A stretch of DNA of 64,000 nucleotides from contig NC_043000.1 in NCBI RefSeq assembly GCF_006345805.1, positions 73,842,001 to 73,906,000 of the forward strand. The letters are read 5' to 3'. Shown here in pieces: positions 38,626-48,394 of this stretch; within the stretch, counting starts at the first letter, position 1, and every line of letters starts with the position of its first letter. The DNA is from Octopus sinensis (lineage: Eukaryota). A program made the translations under genes and the position numbers. The notes beneath the pieces are model-generated. The model saw only the letters and a program-made list of their open reading frames with translations. It searched no databases and was not told where the DNA came from.

Positions 38626-38847
38626 GAACAAATGGCTTTAACAAGCCTTTGGTAATTCCAAATTAATTGTAGTTTTCCCCCACGGAGGGGGGAACACCAA
38701 CGCGAAGTCCTCGCGCGAAGGCTGACTTCGTCAGTTAGACAACAATAAACAAAACAGGTAGACAGACAGTATAGAATAACAAAGATAACAATGCGAGAGC
38801 AAAAATATATCAACTTACTAATAAACGCAAAAATAGCTTGGAGCCAT

Positions 38848-40773
38848 GTTGTTTTATTATTACCCACTAGGGGCTACATAGATGGGACAATACAATCGGG
38901 AAAATGAATAATGAATTATGAAGTTTGTACAATGTGGTGCAATGCCCACTCGATCCCCGAAATCGAGCGGTTACATTTCGTCATTTATTTTTATTCGTCA
39001 ACAATATTTTCCAAATAAAACATTTTATACATTTTCAACATACATTTCAAAAAGTTTTACAAAGTTCAACATTTCTTTTTTTTTTTCAGAATTTAAGTTC
39101 TTTTTATCATTTCCAAATTAAAGTTTTCACAATACCTTTTCTTTTATATATACTCCATTATGTCTACCAAATCTGAGTAAACTTCCATCGTTCGAGGCCA
39201 CCTTGTAAGTCGGCATTTCATATGTTTTAACACGTTCTCGCCAGCTGCCTCGATGAACGCCTCGGCGTCGTTCTCGTGGACGAGTGCACCTGTTTCTTTC
39301 CATTCGGTGCCCATCCTGACCCACGTATATCCGTTTGTTACGCTTATTAAATCTTCCATCTCCTCACAGTGCTTGTGATGGATCAACGTTCCATAGTATT
39401 TGAATTTTCTATTCGTACCTACGTTTTCTCTAGTTTTTCTCTTAGGACTTACTTCCTCTTTTTTCTCCTCCCTCGGTTTCTCTCTTTCTCTCTTTTTGCT
39501 TTCTCTTTTTCTTTTTCTTCTCTTGTCTTTTTGGCTCTTTGTCTGCCGTCTCTCTACCCTGTGCCTTAAGTTCCTTTCCTGTTGTTTCTTTTCCTTTTTG
39601 CATACCATCTTTTCCTTTCTCTTGGTTCTGTTCCTTCTCTTGTTCTTTTCCTGCTTTTTCTCTTTCCTTTAATGTACTTTCCTTTTCTTTCTCTTGCTTC
39701 TGCCTTGGCTCCTTCTCCACTACTTCTGCACCCTGTGAATTTTGCTCCTTTTCTACTATCTTCTTCCCTTTGTTTTCATTTTCCTTCAGTGCGCTGTTAC
39801 TTCCCTTCTCTTGTTGTTTCTCCGTTATTTCCTTTTCCTTGTTTTCGCTGTTCTTTCCTTCGTGTTCGTTTTCCTTCTCTCCACTACTTGTGTCTCTTTT
39901 TTGCTCCGCTGTGAATTCATACAGCGGACATTCCTTTTTTATGTGCCCTCTTGAACCGCACAGGTAGCAATTCGGTTTTCTGCCTTCCACTATTACACTA
40001 ATTGTTTTCTCGTTTTCTATTCTATTTGGAAGGGAAATCTTTCGATGTCTTCCATTGTGGCCATCAGCCACAACTCTACTCCGAATCCCTTCCAATTTAC
40101 ACGTTCGTCTCCTTAATTGACCCTATTTCTACTTCCTCTTTTGCTGCCCCATATAATGGCTGTTACCAGCATTTCTGTTTTAATATTGGGGGCACCTTTG
40201 GGACTCTTACCCGTACCCCTCGTCTTCCTTTATACGTCGGCCACATGGTGAAATTTTCCGCTTTCAGGACAGTGGAAGCCAATGAGGCCGCCACTTCCTT
40301 TGTTGCGCATCTCACCTCCACCGTACCATATTTCTTTCCTCTGTCTACAAAAGTCGTTTTTTTCATGATGTCCCCCAGACATTTCTCTATTTCTTCAATC
40401 GTCACTCTCACCAGTTTTCTCGTGTTTCTATCTTGCGTTCTATACGTTATCGTCATGTTATTTTTTCTTCTATTGTTTCCACAGGCGGGACCAGCTTCAC
40501 GCTGTCACCCTCCCTTTTGACGAACTTCTCGTATTCCTTCAATTGTTCTTTTCTAAAGAACACTTCTTTTATTCTAAGAGACTCGTCACTTTTTGTTGTG
40601 GCGACCCCCGCGTAAGTCTCCATGACTTGAGGGTCGACACACCTTCTATAAAAGGTTCAAACACGCAGCGGAAAACGCCTCGCGCGATTCAATTTTTTGA
40701 CAATTTTTTCAGTTTTTTTTCCAATTTTCACATACAAAATAACTCACAACACACGTGGGTAGATTTCCTCGAT
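38848..40773 (-). mobile_element. Tx1 array unit 2: ORF1-only element (1926 bp)
   Basis: ATG at 40623 (METYAGV), CYLCGSRGHIKKEC, K/E linker, C-terminal domain ending IMEYI at 39144, ~290-nt 3'UTR and shared tail; no ORF2 sequence. Confidence 0.85.
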
Positions 40774-42543
40774 GTGATTTTATTACTACCCACAAGGGGC
40801 GAACATAGATGGGACAGTACAATCGGGGAACTTAAAATAAGAAAGCAAATGACAAGAAAAGGAAAAAATAAAATTAAAAAATGACATATGAAAGAATATT
40901 TACAATGAGATGTAAATGCCCACTTGATCCCCGGAATCGAGAGGTTACATTTTCGTCACATATATTTCACAATATTTTCTTTTTTTTCTCTTCTTTCTTC
41001 TCTCTCTTCTCACAATTCTATACGTATTCCATAATAGTTTTCAATTCTCTAAAGTCAATCACTGAGCCCTCAGGCAGCCGCTCTCTCACTCGAACACTCG
41101 TGTAAAACGTTACACTCTCTCCGGCAGCTCTGAGGAACTCAGCGACTCTTTCTTCGGGGATTAGAGCAGTCTCCTGCCACTGATCGGTCATCCTGTTGAC
41201 CCATATGTGTCCCTCCGTATTACATGTCAATTCTTTCATTTCAGGGCACTTGTAGAAGCAGTAATCTTGTTTCCGTCCTACGTTTTCCCTCGTTTTTCTT
41301 TTCGGGCTTATTTCTTCCTTGTTCTCCTCTCTTTGTTTCTCTCTTTCTCTCTTTTTGCCTTCTTTTCTTTCTTCTTCCTTCTCTTGTCTTTTTGGTTCTT
41401 TGTCTGTTCTCTCTTTCTCTCGTGTTTTATGTTCCTTTTCTTTTTCTTTTTGTGTGCCGTCTTTTCTTTTCGTTTGATTCTGATCTCTCTCTTGTTTTTT
41501 TCCTGTTGTTTCTTTTTCCTTTTTTTTTCCTGACTCTGTTTTGGTTCTATTTCTTTCTTTTCTTTTATTTCTTTTTCCTTCATTGACTTATTATTTCCTT
41601 TCTCTTGTTGTTTTGTTTCCTTTTCTATGTTTTCTTTTTCATTTACCGTATTCTTCTTTTCTTCAAGTTCCTGCTCGCACTCCGCTACGAATTCGTATAA
41701 CGGGCACTCTTTTTTAATGTGCCCCCTTGTCCCGCACAAGTAGCAGTTTGGCTTTCTTCCCTCTACAATTACACTGAGGGTTTTCTCATCTTCAATTTCT
41801 ATTCTGTAGGGGAACCTTTCAATGTCCTCTTTTGTGGCCATCAAACACAGTTCTACCCCATATCCTCTCCAGTTTACCGCGTTGGACTCCTTAAAGGATT
41901 CCACCTCCACTTCCTCTTCTGCTGCTCCTAGAATAGCTGTTGCCAGCCATTCTGTTTTCACTTCTGGGGGTATATTCGGGATTTTAACCCGGACCCCTCT
42001 TCTTCCCTTGTATGAGGGCCACATTATAAATGTTTCCGCTCTTAGTACAGTGGTAGCCAGTGAGGCTGCAATTTCTTCCGTTGCACATCTCACCTCCACC
42101 GTACCAAATTTCTTGCCTCTACTCACGTAGGTCGATTTCCCCATTATGTCTCCCAGACATTTTTCGATTTCTGCTATCTCCACTCTTGCCAGTTTCTTTG
42201 TATTTTTGTCTTGGGTTCTATATGTTACAGTCTTGTTTTCTTTGTCCTCTTTTGCTTTCGCGGGGGGGATTAGCTTCACGCTATCACCCTCCCTTTTGAA
42301 TAGCTTTTCATATTCTTTGAGTTTACTCTTCTCAAAGAAAACATCCTTCACGATTATCGACGAATCATTATTTTTCTTTCCCGTGACCCCCGCGTAAGTC
42401 GCCATGACTAGAGGGTCAATTCACCTTCTTCGGAAGGTTTCCACACGTGGAGGCAAACGCCTCGCGCGATAATAATCAATTTACACAACAAAATTTCACT
42501 GTCTAATCACAGATAACAACACACTTGGGTAAATTTCCTCGAT
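40774..42543 (-). mobile_element. Tx1 array unit 3: ORF1-only element (1770 bp)
   Basis: ORF 42405-41308 (MATYAGV, CYLCGTRGHIKKEC) plus a frameshifted C-terminus ending IMEYV at 41018; shared tail; no ORF2. Confidence 0.88.
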
Positions 42544-42559
42544 GTGCTCAAATCTTCTT

Positions 42560-43066
42560 TTTTCTCTACATTGTATACTTTATAGACAATAGTCTTTTCT
42601 TTAATTTAATTTTTTATTATCCATCTGGACTATTCCATTACTGCACACTAATTTTATTTTTAATTTATTCCCATTCATGTGAAACCACTTATTCAAGTTC
42701 AAGTCATTGATGCAATTTTATACCAATTGCTATTTTTACTTTTTTTTATGTTACGATTATATTATACTTTAGTTTGATTTTAATTATTACTTACTACATA
42801 TAATTCAATTATTATTTTTATTGTTAAAGTGAAAGTATCTGACATAAGATAGAGAAATGTTTTTGTTTCACTTTTAACACGTAATACTGAAATAGTGGAG
42901 ATGATATGATATTGCTATGGGCTCGCTCTAGGTAAGAAGTTGAACATTTTTTTTGCCCATAAAACTACATGGACCCTAAGTAATGTATGAAATTGGTTGT
43001 GTAGTTCTCAAGTTTTAGGGAAACACACAGACAGATAGACACACATTCTCAGTTTTATATATATAT
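42560..43066 (-). mobile_element. Helitron-like 5' segment
   Basis: Homologous to 31241-31530; tatataaaactgagaatg start followed by GT/CT repeat; canonical TC not preserved. Confidence 0.45.
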
Positions 43067-43629
43067 ACACACACATATATAGATATACACACACATACAT
43101 ATGTATGTTTGTATATATGTGGATATATGTGTGTAAATATATATGTATGTATAATACAAATAAGAAAATGAAGGAACAAATTCATTTCAATCATCAACTT
43201 ACAGATATTACCATTTCATATTATTTATTAACTATATAAATAGGAACATCCAAATCGAACAAAACAATATACATCAATATGCAAGATAATAATACCATAA
43301 GAACAATACACATAAAATGGCCCTTACAGCTGTTTAGGCCTACAGATAAAAGTATCTCATTCTGCTTATATTAGATGTATTGAGGTAATATGCAGTTAAA
43401 AATGAGTTACTTATATATATATATCTCAAGGATTCGTGAGAGATTACAAAATACAATTATAAAAATGTAAATATAAATATGAAACAAAATACACATACAA
43501 TAGGATATATATTTATATATATATGTATATATATATATATATATATATACACATAAGTTTATATGTATACATATATATAAGTATATATATAAAAATATAC
43601 ATACACATAAGGTTACAAATAATTAATTA

Positions 43630-45785
43630 TTTATACTGGAATAATGCCTGATTTATTTGACATTACAATGGGCTCGCCGGATTCAGCAGAAATGACTGAT
43701 TTAGTAGGGATATATTTACTGGTTAATCTAAGTAGGGAATTCCCTGAATTGAGTGACGGCCTATATAGAGATGACGCTTTGTTTTTAATTAAGAATATAT
43801 CTAACAGAAGACTAGAAATATTGAAGAAACGACTGCACAAATTTTTTAAGAGTTTTGGTTTATCAATAACTATTGAAAATGAGAATTACTCTATAAATTA
43901 CCTAGATGTTAATTGCAACCTCACTAATAGAATTCATGAACCTTATGTAAAACCTAATTCTAATCTAGTCTACATAAATAACTCTAGCAATCATCCCCAT
44001 CAAATTAAAAGGTCACTGTTGCTTAGCATTAGTAAAAGAATCTCTAATCTATACTCGAACGAAGCTATATTCAATAGACATAGTGAAAAGTACAACTCCG
44101 CATTGCATAAGGCAGGATATAATGGTAAAATTAAATATATACCTAATAACAGCCTCAAAGATGGAAATAAGTTAACAACTACAAATATACATGGGTTGGA
44201 CGGGGTTAATGGCAATTCAAGGGTAAGGGGCAATAAAGAATATAATATTAATGTGAATGGTAATAATGCTAGTAGTGGTATAAACAGGATTAATGATCAT
44301 ATATTAAATGTCAATGTACATAATATTAATAACTAGCAGTATCGCCCGGCGTTGCTCGGGTTTGTAAGGGAAATAACTATAAAGCATTTTTAGAGAGTTA
44401 TAGCCAAAAAATAGCAAAAAAATGGGGAAAAAAATTATGGTAAATTTTTTTGATAGTTAAAAAGGTCGAGTTGCGTCCCCTAGACCATCTGTGGTTTGTT
44501 TCTGATTGTCGACCCCATGTCGAATTTATCGATCTTTTTCAGAACTGGGGGAACTTTTCAAAATTTTCGCTGCGTTAGTTTTGAATTATGACATTGGGCT
44601 ATGTGTGTGTCAAGTTTCATCAGAATCGGTTGAAAGCCGTGGTCAGGGTGAGGGTACAACCTGACAGACACACAGACACACGCACAGACAAACTGCCGTT
44701 TATATAGAGAGAGATAATAACGGAAATAGAAAAACTTATTTATACCATTGTAACAATAATAATTATAAGGAATTTAGTCATAATCTTAATAATATGAATT
44801 ATAGAAAGTGTAGGGGAAATAAGAGGAATAGGGTATTTGTTAATAATAGGAATGAGGCAGGTAACCAATATAGCAGTAATGATACACTGTGGCTAATAAT
44901 TCCATATGCTATGCAAATTAAAACTAACATAGTTGGAAATATTCTTAATTTAATATACAAGCATTTTGGTAAGGGAAAGAATAAATATTGTGACATAATA
45001 ATAAAACTATTAGAATGGGATACAACCTTACTCATAATTTGGCCACCATAATATCCTCTTTTAATAATAGAAAACTAGATTATTTCTATCTAGATAGAAA
45101 GAAAAACTTAAGTAGCAGTAATGTGCCTCACTACCACTTGAGATTTAATAATTATAACAGTGTGAGTGAATGTAACCCTAATGGAGGCAATAGTAGCGGT
45201 ATTACTGTAACGATGAATAATATTAATAATATAAAATTTAGCCCACCATTGAATAAGGGAATAATTAGTGAGAATGATAATAATATTATCAATAATAGTA
45301 ATGCTGCTGGGAATGCAGCAATCTATATTCATAATAAAGTTAAACATTATCAACTGGATAATAGCTGCAATTATAGAATTAAGGATAACTGTGTGTTCAA
45401 TAATGAATGCTTGAGAAAGGAGGTGGTTTACCAATGTATGGTGAGTACACAATATGATAGTAGGGTATATATTGGTGCTACTAAAAATAATATGAAACAG
45501 AGACTTAATTATCATAGATACACTTTTAGGAATAAGAATAGGATTAATACAGCAGGGTTGAGTGCATATATTTGGGAGCTTAAGAACAAAAATATCAATT
45601 ATAATTTACAATGGAAAATACTTACATCTGCACCAGTGTATAATAATAGAAATAGGAAATGCTCATTATGCATTAATGAAATTTTCTTTATGATCAAGGC
45701 TAATTTACCTATTCTCAACAATCTTAAGGAACGAAATGTTTCATGTCTTCATAGACTAGTGTATACTTTCTCTAGATTCAAATAG
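43630..45785 (+). mobile_element. 5'-truncated Penelope-like element (RT, Asn-rich linker, GIY-YIG; Hydra-clade-like)
   Basis: FDITMGSPDSAEMTDLVG, GLYRDD, YLDV, SSNHPHQIK; SCNYRIKDNCVFNNECL...VVYQC...VYIGAT...LSAYIWELK...CSLCINE...CLH. Confidence 0.9.
44333..44714 (-). mobile_element. 382-bp non-autonomous Helitron
   Basis: Minus A|TCTCTCTCTATATAAA...cccgagcaacgccggg hairpin...CTAG|T; no TSD; removal restores the host PLE frame. Confidence 0.88.
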
Positions 45786-46099
45786 CATTCGGTTTTAGAT
45801 AGTATTTTTAAAAAACTTAAATAGTTGTTAAAGGCTGTATTTATCTAGGAATACTAATCTGCCATAAATTACGGGCATACTATTTTTGTATATCTATGTA
45901 TAAGTGTTTTGTATTTGAATGTTTGTGTATTTATTATTTATTTATTTATTTATATATTTTTATATAAATTGTTGTTTTTCTTTATATGTATATTGATATA
46001 TATCTAATTTTCAACTGGTCTTTTTATGTATATGATATGCATTCAGTTTTGGACTTCAGTGTACATAGTATGGGTCAATGTACTAAACACATTGTGATC

Positions 46100-47560
46100 A
46101 CTATTGGATAGGTGTGTATGTATACATGCGGATATGTATGTGGATATGTATGTGTGTGCATATATACTTATATACATTTATTTTTCATGTAGGTTTTTTG
46201 TATGAATCCACATGGTGGTCTTTGGTATTATGTTGTGTTCCTGTATGTATGAGCTGGTTTGTTATTTTTTATTTACTGGTACTTGTTAATTTATTATAAC
46301 ATATATGTGTGTATGTGTGCATATGTGTATGTGTATGTATGCATGTATGTATATGTGCATGTGTATGCATGCGTGTATATGCGTATATGGGTGTGTGCAT
46401 GTATATGTTTGCATTTATGTATGTATGCATATGTATATATGCATGTATGCATATATACACGTATATGTGTGCATGCATGTGTATATGTGCTTACATGTAT
46501 TTATGTGCATACATGTGTATGAGTGTGAATGGGTATGTTAGCGCATGTATGCGGTGCACATGTCTATGTGTGTGTACATGCGGGTATGTGCTTGTATGTA
46601 TGGGTGCGTGTATGTGCACATATGTATGTGTGTGCACACATGTATATGTGTGCACGCACATATATATGTGTACATGTGTGTATGTATGCATATGTATGGG
46701 CACGTATGTGTATATGTACATACTTTTGTGTATATATGTATATACTTGTGTGTATATGTATGTACGTATGTTTATGTGTGTGTGTGTATGCGCATGTATG
46801 TATAGGTATGTGTGTATATATGTGAGCGTATGACCATGTGTGTGTATATGTGTGGGTTGATGAATGGATGTATGTGTGTACATGCAGATATGTATATATG
46901 TATGTTTGAGGAGTCTGTATGTGGGTATATGAATGTATATTTATGTTGCGTGTGTATATATGTGTGTGTATGTGTGTATGTATATATATATATATATATA
47001 TATATAGGTGTGTGTACGCATATGTGTGTGTGTGTGTTTTGTATGTATGTGTGCTGATAAATGTATGTATATGTGTGTACATACAGATATGTATTTATGT
47101 CTGTTTAAGAAGTGTGTTTGTATGTATGCAGATATGTATATATATCTATTTAAGTATTGTGTATGTATGTATATAAATGTATATATATATATGTGTGTGT
47201 ATATATGTGTGAGTATGTGTATGTATATTTATATATACGTGTATGTATATATGTGTGCATGTGTATGTGTGTATGTATGTATTTATATATGTATGTTTGT
47301 ATGTATATATAAGTGTGTATGTATATATATGTGTACGTGTGTGTATGTATATTTATATGTGGGTATATAGGTATATGTATGTATATATGTATGTGTGTAT
47401 GTATGAATGTACATGTTTGTGTATATCTATGAGTATTTATATGTATATTTATGCATATGTGTGGCTATCTATATGACTATATGTATGCAGGTGTGCATGT
47501 GTATATTTATGTACGTATACGAGTGTAGATATGCATATGCATATATATTTGTGTACTTCA
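46100..47560. repeat. ~1.5 kb degenerate alternating purine-pyrimidine (TA/TG/CA) tract
   Basis: Direct inspection. Confidence 0.95.
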
Positions 47561-48094
47561 ACCTATATTCGATTAGGGTATGTGTTGTATTTATAAGGAT
47601 TTATAAGTAACGGTTGGTCTAAATATTTGTTTGTTTAGTTAACTACTTATTTGGTCCATCTCAATATTAATGGTTTTGATCTAACATTTATTTAAGTACG
47701 GGGATATACTTGTATAACCTAAGATTGCTAAATTACCTATTATATATAAGGGTATATAGATATGATAATGGATAACCTAAGATAAATAATAAATAACTAT
47801 TATATGTATCGGTAAATAGATATATGAATAGATAGATATTAATGCCGAATTAAAATATGAATAGTTGATTAATTAAGTAACAATAAAATTGTATGTTGTT
47901 TTCTACAGTATTCACACTAATTAACATGGATAGACATCGTAAATATATCTATGGTATGTATGGTCTTAAACATAAACAGGAAGAAAGAACATGGTCAGAT
48001 ACAGTAAATTTTGTTTTTATTACAGTCTTTAATATAACTTAACATTTGCAAGTATAGCTTGTTACACATTCATATCTATGTGTATACGTGTGTA

Positions 48095-48308
48095 TATTTC
48101 TTTATTGCCCACAAGGGGCTAAACACAGAGGGGACAAACAAGGACAGACAAACGGATTAAGTCGATTACATCGACCCCAGTGCGTAACTGGTACTTAATT
48201 TATCAACCCCGAAAGGATGAAAGGCAAAGGGTAACGACATACGAAATACGGCTATGCATTTCGCCTGGCGTGCTAACGTTTCTGCCAGCTCGCCGCCTTA
48301 GCCAGCTC
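48095..48308 (-). mobile_element. SINE family B variant with Tx1-type tail and 16-bp TSD
   Basis: Direct repeats tgtgtatacgtgtgta at 48079-48094 and 48309-48324; family B head and core; tail ttgtcccctctgtgtttagccccttgtgggcaataaagaaa. Confidence 0.88.
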
Positions 48309-48394
48309 TGTGTATACGTGTGTAGAATACATCCCCACTTTGACACCTATATATCATTAGACACAGCGTAGTAATACTGTTTACTTTAAAACAC

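Larger units (their letters stand above)
33596..38847 (-). mobile_element. Tx1 array unit 1: near full-length Tx1-clade LINE (5252 bp)
   Basis: GC-rich 5'UTR, ORF1 with CCHC knuckle, ORF2 with APE, RT and zinc finger, 3'UTR and shared tail. Confidence 0.9.

Noticed and set aside
37330-42397. Plus-strand F/S/L-rich ORFs resembling membrane proteins
   Set aside because: Antisense shadows of the K/E-rich Tx1 ORF1 frames.
46114-47610. Many long C/V/Y/M- or H/T/I-rich ORFs (also 31544-31838, 50541-51260, 63421-63900)
   Set aside because: Stop-free frames of TA/TG repeats; no domain content apart from adjoining TE fragments.
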